64,000 bases of DNA from an uncultured virus (IMG/VR IMGVR_UViG_2519899647_000001) (IMGVR_UViG_2519899647_000001), one strand, 5' to 3'; positions 36,849-46,889 are shown, counted from the stretch's first letter. Numbers and translations: made by a program. Notes: generated by a model not told the origin, from the sequence alone.

Positions 36849-38652
36849 ACTGACGCTCGGCAGCCTGTTTGACGGCTCCGGCGGTTTTCCTTTGGGCGGC
36901 TTGATTTCCGGCATTGCTCCCGTGTGGGCATCGGAGATCGAGCCGTTTCCTATTCGGGTGACCACCAAACGGCTGCCTTTTATGAAACATTACGGCGATG
37001 TTTCCAGGATGGACGGCGGGAGCATCGAGCCTGTGGATATCATCACTTTCGGTTCGCCTTGCCAGGACATGAGCATCGCGGGCAAGCGCGAAGGGCTGGA
37101 CGGCAACCGCTCCGGCCTTTTTTATGAAGCCGTCCGAATCATCAAGGAAATGAGGTGCGCCACCAATGGCAAATATCCAAGATACATCGTGTGGGAGAAC
37201 GTCCCCGGAGCATTCTCCTCAAACAAAGGAGAGGACTTCCAATGCGTCCTCGAAAGCGTCTGCCGCATCGCAGACGAAACCGTATCTGTCCCTTCGCCTA
37301 AGAAGTGGCAGAGCGCGGGAAGCATCGTGGGAGACGGTTACTCCGTTGCCTGGAGAGTGCTTGACGCTCAGTATTGGGGAGTTCCCCAGAGAAGAAAGCG
37401 CATCTACCTTGTCGCAGATTTTGCAGGCGGGAGTGCCGGAAAAATACTATTTGAGTCAGAAGGCGTGTCTGGGTATTCTGCGGAGGGCTTCCGCGCGTGG
37501 CAAGGAGCTGCCGCTGATGCTGGCGAGGGCTTTGGAGAGACAGGCACTTTCTGCCTGAACGACCAGGGCGGGCAGCGGATGGACTTGACCGAGGATGTGA
37601 CGAACACGCTCCGTGCGGAAAGCCATCATCCTCCGCTTGTATTTGAGAACCACTCGCAGGATTCCAGGTACACGGGACCGCTCGATGTGGCGCAGACCGT
37701 CCTTTCCACCTTCGGCACGGGCGGCAATAACCAGCCCTTCGTGGTGGAGACGCCGAAAACGCTGAAGATTCGTTCCGGCTGCGAGGGCGGCGGCAAGGGA
37801 CCGCTCATCCAGGACGATAAGTCCGCAACGCTCGGATGCAACAACGATCAGACGCTTTTCGTGCCGTCCGTGTTCGGCATCTGCTCCAAGGACAGCAACG
37901 CCATGAAGTCCTCCAATCCCCACAGCGGGATATACAAAGCGGAGACTTCACGGACGCTGGATGCGAACGGCGGCAATCCGTCCTGCAACCAGGGCGGCAT
38001 GGCTGTCGTGGCTCTTGAGGGCAACGGCGCAAGGCCGTCCCATAAGGGCAGCGGATACTCCGAGGACAACGTCAGCTTTACGCTGAACGCAACGGAGCAG
38101 CACAGCGTGGCTTACGGCATCGACAGAGCTACCTATAACATGGGGCAGAATGCGCAGTTCGGGATCGCGGTCGAGGAAGAAGTCGAGCCTACGATGGTGG
38201 CGAAGGGACCGGGTGCGGTGGCGCATCCCGTCTATACCACGAGCAAGAATTCCTATCATACGGAAGCCGAGGAGGATGTGGCGAACACGCTGGTCGCTAC
38301 GGACTACAAGGATCCGCCGACCATATCGGAAGAACCGTATTATATCGTCCGTAGGCTCACGCCAACCGAGTGCGCAAGGCTGCAGGGCTTCCCGGACTGG
38401 TGGTGCGATGATCTCGGCACGGTAAAGCCGTCCGATGAGGAACTGTACTATTGGTACAAGGTGTTCGAGACCTGGCGGATGGCAACCGCTCCCGGCAGCA
38501 AGCCCAAGACATCGAAGCAGATAAAAAAGTGGCTTGCCGATCCGTATTCCGATTCTGCGGAGTATAAGATGTGGGGCAACGGCGTGGCTCTGCCGTGCGT
38601 GGTTTTCGTGCTTTCGGGCATTGTGTATTACTCACAGTTTGAAGGCGAATGA
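36841..38652 (+). CDS. phage C5 cytosine methyltransferase with long variable region
   Basis: SLFDGSGG, GSPCQD, WENV, QRRKR, RRLTPTECARLQGFPD, WGNGVA. Confidence 0.9.
   Translation: MNKLTLGSLFDGSGGFPLGGLISGIAPVWASEIEPFPIRVTTKRLPFMKHYGDVSRMDGGSIEPVDIITFGSPCQDMSIAGKREGLDGNRSGLFYEAVRIIKEMRCATNGKYPRYIVWENVPGAFSSNKGEDFQCVLESVCRIADETVSVPSPKKWQSAGSIVGDGYSVAWRVLDAQYWGVPQRRKRIYLVADFAGGSAGKILFESEGVSGYSAEGFRAWQGAAADAGEGFGETGTFCLNDQGGQRMDLTEDVTNTLRAESHHPPLVFENHSQDSRYTGPLDVAQTVLSTFGTGGNNQPFVVETPKTLKIRSGCEGGGKGPLIQDDKSATLGCNNDQTLFVPSVFGICSKDSNAMKSSNPHSGIYKAETSRTLDANGGNPSCNQGGMAVVALEGNGARPSHKGSGYSEDNVSFTLNATEQHSVAYGIDRATYNMGQNAQFGIAVEEEVEPTMVAKGPGAVAHPVYTTSKNSYHTEAEEDVANTLVATDYKDPPTISEEPYYIVRRLTPTECARLQGFPDWWCDDLGTVKPSDEELYYWYKVFETWRMATAPGSKPKTSKQIKKWLADPYSDSAEYKMWGNGVALPCVVFVLSGIVYYSQFEGE
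37166..37558 (+). CDS. nested +1-frame ORF, putative methyltransferase beta subunit
   Basis: GAGGTG 8 nt before the ATG; STLSQILQAGVPEKYYLSQKACLGILRRA motif. Confidence 0.6.
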   Translation: MANIQDTSCGRTSPEHSPQTKERTSNASSKASAASQTKPYLSLRLRSGRAREASWETVTPLPGECLTLSIGEFPREESASTLSQILQAGVPEKYYLSQKACLGILRRASARGKELPLMLARALERQALSA

Positions 38653-38690
38653 TCCGGCGGTAATTCTACAGAGAAAAATCCGATATTCGC

Positions 38691-38721
38691 TTGCTATTTC
38701 GGGGCTTTAGAGTGATGTATA
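38691..38721 (+). promoter_or_regulatory. TTG-N15-AGAGTGATRTAT promoter-like motif (copy 1 of 4)
   Basis: same spacing at 38691, 39755, 41600, 61596. Confidence 0.65.
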
Positions 38722-38768
38722 TACACGCCGGAAGGCACAGAAAACAAGCGAAAACGGAGGTAAACACA

Positions 38769-39485
38769 ATGCAAGTAAAGTACAACGTAACAGGCGCAAG
38801 GCGCAAGGAACTGGTAAAGGTCATCGCCGACACCACGGGAGCAAAGGCAGAATACAAATTCATGCCGACCTGCAACTACGAGATCGACTACTTCACGGTC
38901 ACCAAGGACGGGACGCTCCTCTTCGATGACCGCGCCGACAGCGAGGAGGTCGAGCAGGTGCTTGAAGCCATCGCCGCCGCAGGCTTTGAATGTGAGCCGC
39001 AGGACGGCGCGGATTCTGAGGTCCAGGAAGTATCCGAGACTGAGGAAAATGCGGCACAGGAGGCCATAGACGGGCTTACGGTGGCGGTTCCGAGGGACAG
39101 CCTTTCGGATGCAGCCATTGAGAACCTGCAGAGGATCGTGAATTCCAAAGCGGCGCTTATGAAAAAGGCGCTCGGCGCGGACAGCCTTCCTATTGAGGTG
39201 ACGGACGAGAAGGTATCCTTCCCCTGGTTCACGCAGATGGACGGTGATTCCGCAAAAGCCTATATGCACCTTGTCTCCGCACTCTGCGAGATGGCAAGGA
39301 ACGCCAAGCGGGTGACCGCCACGGAAAAGGAAGTAGACAACGAGAAGTATGCATTCCGCTGCTTCCTCCTGCGGCTGGGCTTCATCGGCGCGGAGTACAA
39401 GGTCGAGCGAAAAATCCTGCTGAAGAACCTCACAGGCTCATCGGCTTTCAAAAACGGAGGTGCCGAGCATGAGATTTCCGAATAA
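38769..39485 (+). CDS. phage hypothetical protein ('virulence-related' family)
   Basis: RKELVKVI, VSFPWF, NEKYAFRCFLLRLGFIG. Confidence 0.75.
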   Translation: MQVKYNVTGARRKELVKVIADTTGAKAEYKFMPTCNYEIDYFTVTKDGTLLFDDRADSEEVEQVLEAIAAAGFECEPQDGADSEVQEVSETEENAAQEAIDGLTVAVPRDSLSDAAIENLQRIVNSKAALMKKALGADSLPIEVTDEKVSFPWFTQMDGDSAKAYMHLVSALCEMARNAKRVTATEKEVDNEKYAFRCFLLRLGFIGAEYKVERKILLKNLTGSSAFKNGGAEHEISE

Positions 39486-39693
39486 GGAAACGGTCGACCG
39501 CATCCGTATGGAGTACCCTGCAGGCACACGAGTAGAGCTTGTGCAGATGGACGATGCGCAGGCTCCGCCTGCCGGAACGAAAGGAACCGTTCTCGGCGTG
39601 GACGATACCGGCTCACTCCTCATGCGGTGGGACACAGGCAGCGGTCTGAACGTGGTTTATGGCAAGGATATCGTCCGAAAAATCACGGGCTGA
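39469..39693 (+). CDS. DUF4314 domain protein
   Basis: YPAGTRVELVQMDD.QAPPAGTKGTVLGVDDTGSLLMRWDTGSGL. Confidence 0.8.
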   Translation: MRFPNKETVDRIRMEYPAGTRVELVQMDDAQAPPAGTKGTVLGVDDTGSLLMRWDTGSGLNVVYGKDIVRKITG

Positions 39694-39844
39694 TCTACAC
39701 AATTCAAGCCGAAATATAAGGCTGATATTCGTGTACATTATGGCGAGAATTAACTTGATATAAGTGTGCTTCAGAGTGATATATAGACACACCGAAGGGA
39801 ACGAACCCCGCGGAAAACAAAGGATTTTCAAGGAGGCACACACC

Positions 39845-40795
39845 ATGAACGCAAGGACAGAGAGACAGATTACCGAGATGAAGAACCAGACCATCGGGGT
39901 CGAGGTCGAGATGAACAGCATCAAGAGGAGCAAGGCTGCGAAGATTGCCGCCGACTTCTTCGGAACAGGCAGGTACGAGAACACGGCAAGCCGCAACGGG
40001 TACTACACCTGGTCGGCTTGGGACGGCGAAGGACGCGAGTGGAAATTCCAGAGGGACGTTTCCATCAGCGGACCGGACGATGAAAAATGTGAACTGGTCA
40101 CGCCGATTCTTACCTACAGCGATATTGAAACCTTGCAGGAACTTTGCAGACAGCTTCGCCACGCAGGAGCAAAGAGCGATGCAGGCCGGGGATGCGGAGT
40201 CCACATCCACATCGGAGCGAACGGCCACACGCCGCAGACGCTCCGCAACCTCGCCAACATCATGGCAAGCCATGAGAGCCTGATCGCCGAGGCTTTGAAG
40301 CTCGACCGATACCGCATGGACAGATACTGCCGCACGGTGGACCCGAACTTCCTTAAGAAGGTCAATGCACGGAAGCCAAAGACGATGGCGGCGCTTGCAG
40401 ACATTTGGTACGGCTCACAGAACGCCGACTACGGCAGAAGCCAACACTACAACGACAGCCGCTACCATATGCTTAACTACCATGCTACCTTCACGAAGGG
40501 CACCATCGAGTTCAGGCTTTTCCAGTTCGATGAGCCGACAGCGGAGCGCAAGGGCGGCATCCATGCAGGGCAGTTGAAAAGCTACATTCAGCTTTGCCTC
40601 GCACTCAGCCAGATGGCAAAGGACGTGAGAACGGCAAGCCCGAAACCGCAGCAGAACGAGAATCCGAAATACGCCATGAGGACTTGGCTCCTCCGCCTCG
40701 GATTCATTGGAGAGGAATTCGCAACGGCGAGGGACTTCCTTACCCGCAACCTTTCCGGGGATACGGCATTCAGACACGGCAGAGCCGCCGCTTGA
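39845..40795 (+). CDS. amidoligase (COOH-NH2 ligase type 2) family protein
   Basis: IGVEVEM, DVSI, CELVTPIL, CGVHIHIG, RYHMLN, TIEFRLF. Confidence 0.85.
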   Translation: MNARTERQITEMKNQTIGVEVEMNSIKRSKAAKIAADFFGTGRYENTASRNGYYTWSAWDGEGREWKFQRDVSISGPDDEKCELVTPILTYSDIETLQELCRQLRHAGAKSDAGRGCGVHIHIGANGHTPQTLRNLANIMASHESLIAEALKLDRYRMDRYCRTVDPNFLKKVNARKPKTMAALADIWYGSQNADYGRSQHYNDSRYHMLNYHATFTKGTIEFRLFQFDEPTAERKGGIHAGQLKSYIQLCLALSQMAKDVRTASPKPQQNENPKYAMRTWLLRLGFIGEEFATARDFLTRNLSGDTAFRHGRAAA

Positions 40796-40883
40796 AGGAC
40801 GCAGCCCAGAGGCACATCTTAACCCGCCACGGCGGGCTTAAGGTGGTAGAAGGACATTTCCTTCGGAAAGGACGGTAAAGACT

Positions 40884-41357
40884 ATGGCAAAGAGATACTA
40901 CATCGCTTACGGCAGCAACCTCAATGTTCCGCAGATGCGGATGCGTTGTCCACGCGCCACAATCCTCGGAACGGCGAACCTCACGGGCTGGGAGCTGCTT
41001 TTTAAAGGAAGCAAGACAGGCTCCTACCTCACGATTGAGGAATGCGAAAGCGGCACGGTTCCCGTAGTGATCTGGGAAGTCACGGATTCGGATGAGGCGG
41101 CTCTTGACCGCTACGAGGGATTCCCCACCTTCTACTACAAAAAGGACATCAAGCTGAAGTACAAGGGCATCCGCACGGGAAAGCGCAGGTCGGTGACGGC
41201 ATTCGCATACATCATGCATGAGGACAGGCCGATTGGAGTACCGAGCAATTTCTATATGAGGACTTGCCTTGAGGGGTACGATACCTTTTATTTTGACAAG
41301 AACATTCTGCTCGATGCTTATGATAAATGCAGGGAGGTATGCGGCTATGAAGGATAA
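40884..41357 (+). CDS. gamma-glutamylcyclotransferase family protein
   Basis: YIAYGSNL...QMRMRCP, LDRYEGFP.FY. Confidence 0.85.
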   Translation: MAKRYYIAYGSNLNVPQMRMRCPRATILGTANLTGWELLFKGSKTGSYLTIEECESGTVPVVIWEVTDSDEAALDRYEGFPTFYYKKDIKLKYKGIRTGKRRSVTAFAYIMHEDRPIGVPSNFYMRTCLEGYDTFYFDKNILLDAYDKCREVCGYEG

Positions 41358-41547
41358 CGTGATAAGGATGGCGGTCTGCCCGCTGTGCGGAAAGACCTAC
41401 CACGGTGTTCCGGCTCTATCGAGGACGGACAACAAAACGCTCATCTGCCCGGACTGCGGAACGAGGCAGGCACTCCAGTCCATCGGCGTGGATGCCGAGG
41501 AGCAGGAGAAAATCATCGAGACGATCCACCGTCACACACAGGAGTAA
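41347..41547 (+). CDS. small zinc-ribbon protein
   Basis: CPLCG...ALSR.DN...ICPDCG. Confidence 0.7.
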   Translation: MKDNVIRMAVCPLCGKTYHGVPALSRTDNKTLICPDCGTRQALQSIGVDAEEQEKIIETIHRHTQE

Positions 41548-41672
41548 AATACACAATTCCTGCAGCGGATATCTGGTACATATATTTCTCGAAAATGACT
41601 TGATAATAATGTGGTTCAGAGTGATATATGTACATACCGAAAGGGAAAACAAAGCAAACGGAGGACACGAAA

Positions 41673-41948
41673 ATGACGATCAACGATGCAATGAGAAAAT
41701 ACAGACTGCCGAATCCCACCACGCCGGAGGATTTGGAATGCCGATGGAGCAAGCTGCTGACCTTCGGAGACAAGGTGGTCATCGCGGGATACTACTACAA
41801 CGGGCAGAACAAGCCCTGCTACTTCGGCGCAACCTACGAGTTCCTTGACGATGACCATACCTGCGAAGGGACGATTGGACTGAGGGCGGCAAGCGAGGTC
41901 GAGTTCGAAGATGACGGCCACGCGATCGCCTGGGCAATGCAGCAGTAA
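41673..41948 (+). CDS. hypothetical protein
   Basis: RBS GGAGG; own promoter motif at 41600. Confidence 0.65.
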   Translation: MTINDAMRKYRLPNPTTPEDLECRWSKLLTFGDKVVIAGYYYNGQNKPCYFGATYEFLDDDHTCEGTIGLRAASEVEFEDDGHAIAWAMQQ

Positions 41949-42066
41949 AACACAGCGAAAAGAATAACCAAAGGGACGAGCCGAAAGGCTCTGTCTCTCG
42001 TACAGATACATTTTGGAAGGTCGCAGAGATGCGGCTATTTTTTATGCCATTTGGGAGGTGGTGAGA

Positions 42067-43668
42067 GTGCGAAAACTGAAGAAATACAAGCCCACCGAGT
42101 TCATGGCTAAGACATCTCACTACGATAAGGAAGCCGCCGACTATGCCGTCATGTTCATCGAGTCGCTCTGCCATACCAAAGGAACATGGGCTGGTAAGCC
42201 CTTCGAACTGATCGATTGGCAGGAGCAGATCATACGGGACATTTTCGGGATTCTGAAACCGAACGGCTACCGTCAGTTCAACACGGCGTATATCGAGATA
42301 CCGAAAAAGCAAGGCAAGAGCGAACTTGCTGCGGCAGTGGCGCTCCTGCTCCTCTGCGGTGACGGCGAAGAACGCGCCGAGGTGTATGGATGCGCCGCAG
42401 ACCGAAACCAGGCAAAGATCGTGTTCGATGTTGCCGTGGACATGGTGCGTTTCTGCCCGGCTCTTGCCAAGCGCGTGAAGATACTGGAATCGCAGAAGAA
42501 GCTCGTGTATAAGCCGACAAATTCATCCTATCAGGTGCTTTCGGCGGACGTAGCGAACAAGCACGGTTTCAACACGCACGGCGTTATCTTCGATGAGCTG
42601 CATACCCAGCCGAATAGAAAGCTGTTTGACGTCATGCTACAAGGCTCCGGCGATGCGAGGATGCAGCCGCTTTACTTCCTGATCACCACGGCGGGCAATG
42701 ATACGAATTCCATCTGCTACGAGGTGCATCAGAAAGCACTGGATATACAGGCGGGACGGAAGATTGACCCGACATTCTATTCCGTTATATACGGAGCGGC
42801 GGAGGATGAGGACTGGACGGACCCGGAGGTCTGGAAGAAAGCCAATCCTTCCCTCGGTATCACGGTCGGCATTGACAAGGTCAAGGCGGCGTGTGATTCC
42901 GCACAGCAGAATCCCGGCGAGGAGAACGCCTTCCGGCAACTGCGTCTGAATCAATGGGTGAAACAGTCGGTCAGATGGATGCCAATGGACAAATGGGATG
43001 CCTGCGCGTTCCCCGTTTCCGAGGACGATCTGGAAGGCCGTATCTGTTATGGTGGGCTTGATCTTTCAAGCACCACGGACATCACGGCGTTCGTGCTGGT
43101 GTTCCCGCCGCAGGACGAGGAGGACAAATACAGTATCCTTCCTTATTTTTGGGTGCCGGAAGAGACACTCGATCTTCGTGTGAAAAGAGATCATGTTCCC
43201 TATGACCTGTGGGAGCGTCAGGGTTTGCTCATGACCACGGAGGGAAACGTGGTTCATTACGGATATATAGAGAAGTTTATCGAACGGCTCGGAGAGCGGT
43301 TCAACATCCGTGAGATTGCCTTTGACCGCTGGGGAGCCGTGCAGATGGTGCAGAACCTTGAGGGAATGGGATTTACGGTCGTTCCCTTCGGACAGGGCTT
43401 CAAGGATATGTCCCCACCGACCAAGGAACTGATGAAACTGACCTTGGAGGAGAAAATCGCACACGGCGGGCATCCCGTCCTGCGCTGGATGATGGACAAC
43501 ATCTATATCCGCACGGACCCCGCCGGGAACATCAAGGCGGACAAGGAGAAATCTACAGAAAAGATCGATGGTGCGATTGCGACCATCATGGGGCTTGACC
43601 GTGCCATCCGTTGCGGGAACGACACGGGCGAAAGCGTATACGATACCAGAGGGCTTCTGGTTTTTTGA
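42067..43668 (+). CDS. terminase large subunit
   Basis: IPKKQGKSE, FDELH, ITTAG, GGLDLS, KIDG. Confidence 0.95.
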   Translation: MRKLKKYKPTEFMAKTSHYDKEAADYAVMFIESLCHTKGTWAGKPFELIDWQEQIIRDIFGILKPNGYRQFNTAYIEIPKKQGKSELAAAVALLLLCGDGEERAEVYGCAADRNQAKIVFDVAVDMVRFCPALAKRVKILESQKKLVYKPTNSSYQVLSADVANKHGFNTHGVIFDELHTQPNRKLFDVMLQGSGDARMQPLYFLITTAGNDTNSICYEVHQKALDIQAGRKIDPTFYSVIYGAAEDEDWTDPEVWKKANPSLGITVGIDKVKAACDSAQQNPGEENAFRQLRLNQWVKQSVRWMPMDKWDACAFPVSEDDLEGRICYGGLDLSSTTDITAFVLVFPPQDEEDKYSILPYFWVPEETLDLRVKRDHVPYDLWERQGLLMTTEGNVVHYGYIEKFIERLGERFNIREIAFDRWGAVQMVQNLEGMGFTVVPFGQGFKDMSPPTKELMKLTLEEKIAHGGHPVLRWMMDNIYIRTDPAGNIKADKEKSTEKIDGAIATIMGLDRAIRCGNDTGESVYDTRGLLVF

Positions 43669-43687
43669 GGAAGGAGCGTGATGAGAA

Positions 43688-45016
43688 ATGAGTATTTTTT
43701 CGGGACTGTTCAAATCGATGGACAAGCCTGAGAACAGGACGCCGGGCAGCAGTTATGCCTTCTACCTGGGCGGTTCTTCCTCCGGCAAACTGGTGACCGA
43801 GCGGAGCGCGATGCAGATGACAGCGGTGTACGCCTGTGTGCGTATCCTATCGGAAGCCATCGCAGGACTGCCGCTTCATATGTACCGCTACAAGGAGGAC
43901 GGCGGCAAGGAGAAAGCCATCGACCATCCGTTATACCTTCTGCTCCATGACGAGCCGAATCCGGAGATGAGTTCATTCGTGTTCAGAGAAACGCTGATGA
44001 CTCATCTTTTGTTATGGGGAAACGCCTATGCGCAGATCATCCGCAACGGTAAAGGACAGATCGTGGCACTGTATCCACTGATGCCAAACAAGATGACCGT
44101 CAACCGCGATGTGAACGGACAGCTTTATTACCAGTACCAGCGTTCGTCCGATGAAGCGCACACCATGAAGGGCGATTCGGTAATCCTTCGACCGTCCGAT
44201 GTGCTGCATATTCCGGGACTCGGTTTTGACGGGCTTGTGGGTTACTCGCCGATTGCGATGGCAAAGAACGCCATAGGGCTTGCGATAGCAACCGAGGAAT
44301 ACGGTAGCAAGTTCTTCGCAAACGGCGCTGCTCCGAGCGGTGTGTTGGAGCATCCGGGAACGATCAAGGACCCAAGCAAGGTGAGAGAAAGCTGGCAACA
44401 GACCTTCGGCGGCTCGGCGAACAGCAACAAGATAGCGGTGCTGGAAGAAGGCATGAAATACACGCCTATTTCCATATCGCCGGAGCAGGCGCAGTTCCTC
44501 GAAACGCGCAAGTTCCAGATAAACGAGATAGCGAGGATATTCCGTGTGCCTCCGCACATGGTGGGCGATCTGGAAAAGAGCAGCTTCTCCAACATTGAGC
44601 AGCAGAGCCTTGAGTTCGTGAAGTACACGCTCGATCCCTGGGTAATCAGATGGGAGCAGTCGATACAGAGGACGCTCCTTGCTCCTGATGAGAAAAAGAC
44701 CTACTTCGTGAAATTTAATGTAGAAGGTCTGCTCCGAGGAGACTACGCCAGCCGAATGAACGGCTATGCTACGGCAAGGCAGAACGGATGGATGAGCGCA
44801 AATGATATCCGGGAACTGGAGAACCTCGACCGCATTTCTACAGAGGACGGCGGCGATCTCTACCTCATAAACGGCAATATGCTCCCGCTGTCACAGGCGG
44901 GCGCTTTTGCAGATACAGACAACAACGGAAAGGAGGACGAATCCGATGAAGGACAGGAAGTTCTGGAATTGGAAAAATCAGACGGACGAAGAGCCGTCCG
45001 CAGAGAGAGTTCTTGA
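43688..45016 (+). CDS. HK97-family portal protein
   Basis: AVYACVRILSEAIAGLPL, GNAY, EIARIFRVPP. Confidence 0.95.
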   Translation: MSIFSGLFKSMDKPENRTPGSSYAFYLGGSSSGKLVTERSAMQMTAVYACVRILSEAIAGLPLHMYRYKEDGGKEKAIDHPLYLLLHDEPNPEMSSFVFRETLMTHLLLWGNAYAQIIRNGKGQIVALYPLMPNKMTVNRDVNGQLYYQYQRSSDEAHTMKGDSVILRPSDVLHIPGLGFDGLVGYSPIAMAKNAIGLAIATEEYGSKFFANGAAPSGVLEHPGTIKDPSKVRESWQQTFGGSANSNKIAVLEEGMKYTPISISPEQAQFLETRKFQINEIARIFRVPPHMVGDLEKSSFSNIEQQSLEFVKYTLDPWVIRWEQSIQRTLLAPDEKKTYFVKFNVEGLLRGDYASRMNGYATARQNGWMSANDIRELENLDRISTEDGGDLYLINGNMLPLSQAGAFADTDNNGKEDESDEGQEVLELEKSDGRRAVRRESS

Positions 45017-45671
45017 ACTGTACGGCACGATTGCCGAGGAAAGCTGGTTCGATGACGATATCACGCCGGCAATGTTCAAGGAGGAACTTTTCGCGGGCAG
45101 CGGTCCCATCACCATCTGGATCAACTCGCCCGGCGGGGACTGCATCGCAGCCAGTCAGATTTACACCATGCTGATGGACTACAAGGGCGATGTGACCGTC
45201 AAGATTGACGGTATCGCTGCGTCTGCGGCATCGGTGGTCGCTATGGCGGGTACGAAGGTGCTGATGGCTCCTACCGCTCTGATGATGATCCATAACCCGG
45301 CAACGATGGCGTTCGGCGATCATGTTGATATGGAAAAGGCAATCGATATGCTTTCCGAGGTCAAGGAAAGCATCATCAACGCCTATGAGATCAAGACGGG
45401 GCTGTCGCACACGCAGCTTTCCCACATGATGGACGATACCACCTGGATGAACGCAAAGAAAGCCATTGAACTTGGATTTGCTGACGGCATTTTAACGGAT
45501 GGCAAGCGTGAGTCCGCAGCCGACACCGAGGGCTACGAGTTTTCCGCATCTGCGGTGGAACGCTCCCTCATTAACAAGATTTCCGGCAAGGCACCTCGCA
45601 AGCCGGAAAAGAAACCCGAAGGACGCCCGGTCGATGAACTGAGGGCGTCTCTTTACAAAAAACTGCTTTAA
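44946..45671 (+). CDS. ClpP-type head maturation protease
   Basis: INSPGGD, GIAASAAS, MMIHNP. Confidence 0.9.
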   Translation: MKDRKFWNWKNQTDEEPSAERVLELYGTIAEESWFDDDITPAMFKEELFAGSGPITIWINSPGGDCIAASQIYTMLMDYKGDVTVKIDGIAASAASVVAMAGTKVLMAPTALMMIHNPATMAFGDHVDMEKAIDMLSEVKESIINAYEIKTGLSHTQLSHMMDDTTWMNAKKAIELGFADGILTDGKRESAADTEGYEFSASAVERSLINKISGKAPRKPEKKPEGRPVDELRASLYKKLL

Positions 45672-45689
45672 GCAAGGAGGATTTTTATC

Positions 45690-46889
45690 ATGACTATTAC
45701 AGAGATGAGAAACAAGAGAGCAAAGCTGTGGAACACGATGGAGGGATTCCTCGATACCCACAGGAACGACATGGGCGTCCTTTCCGCAGAGGATGACGCC
45801 ACTTACTCCAAGATGGAGCGTGACCTTGACAGCCTCACCAACGAGATCAAGCGCATGGAGCGCAGGGACGCTATCGAAGCAGAACTGAACAAGCCCGTGA
45901 ACCAGCCGATCACCGAGGCTCCCGAAAGGGCTGCGTCCCTTAAGCCTGACAAGGTCGGTCGTGCGTCCGATGCCTATAAGGAGGACTTCGATCGCCACCT
46001 TCGCGGCAAGGTGCTCGTCCACAACGTCCTCTCCGAGGGTGTGGATGCTGACGGCGGCTACCTCGTGCCGGAGGATTTCGAGCGCGACATCGTGACTGCC
46101 CTTGAGGAGGAGAACGTGATCCGTTCCCTCGCCAAGGTCATCACTACGCAGCATGAGCGCAAGATTCCAGTTGCCACGGGTCACTCTACCGCACAGTGGA
46201 CTGCGGAGAACGCCGCTTATACCGAGAGCAATCCTACTTTCGGTCAGAAGCAGATCGATGCTTTCAAGCTGACCGACCTTGCCCGCGTGAGCGTGGAGCT
46301 TCTCCAGGATTCCGCTTTCGATATCGAGGACTACCTCATGAAGGAGTTTGCGAGAGCATTCGGTATCGCCGAGGAGGAAGCGTTCTGCGTGGGTACCGGC
46401 ACCAATCAGCCTACGGGTATCTTTACCGCGAACGGCGGCACGGTCGGCGTTACTGCGGCGGCAAACAACGCCATCACTGCGGATGAGCTTATCAGCCTCG
46501 TGTATGCGCTGAAGTCTCCGTACCGCAGGAACGCAAAGTTCCTCATGAACGATGCTACGGTATCCATTATCCGCAAGTTGAAGGACAAAAACGATGCGTA
46601 TCTCTGGCAGCCTTCGCTTCAGGCCGGGGAGCCTGACAGACTCCTGGGGTATGAACTTTATACCTCTCCGTATGTTCCGACTGTGGCGGCTGGGGCGCTG
46701 ACCGTGGCATTCGGCGATTTCAAAAACTACTGGATCGGTGACCGCGCAGGCAGAACCGTTCAGCGTCTGAACGAACTGTACGCTACCAACGGCCAGATCG
46801 GCTATGTGGCTACGGAGCGCGTGGACGGCAAGGTCATCCTGCCGGAGGGCATCCAGCTCCTCAAGATGAAGGCTACCAGCGGCTCTTGA
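45690..46889 (+). CDS. major capsid protein (HK97 fold)
   Basis: DGGYLVPE, VSVELLQDS, GTGTNQPTGI, FGDF. Confidence 0.95.
   Translation: MTITEMRNKRAKLWNTMEGFLDTHRNDMGVLSAEDDATYSKMERDLDSLTNEIKRMERRDAIEAELNKPVNQPITEAPERAASLKPDKVGRASDAYKEDFDRHLRGKVLVHNVLSEGVDADGGYLVPEDFERDIVTALEEENVIRSLAKVITTQHERKIPVATGHSTAQWTAENAAYTESNPTFGQKQIDAFKLTDLARVSVELLQDSAFDIEDYLMKEFARAFGIAEEEAFCVGTGTNQPTGIFTANGGTVGVTAAANNAITADELISLVYALKSPYRRNAKFLMNDATVSIIRKLKDKNDAYLWQPSLQAGEPDRLLGYELYTSPYVPTVAAGALTVAFGDFKNYWIGDRAGRTVQRLNELYATNGQIGYVATERVDGKVILPEGIQLLKMKATSGS

Noticed and set aside
3644..39693. DUF4314 in both the ICE part and the prophage as a recent duplication
   Set aside because: The two are clearly diverged at protein level; it is a common mobile-element domain.
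44946..45016. 71-bp portal/protease overlap as a recoding signal
   Set aside because: The protease has its own RBS (AAGGAGG) and no slippery site is evident; a simple C-terminal overlap is enough.
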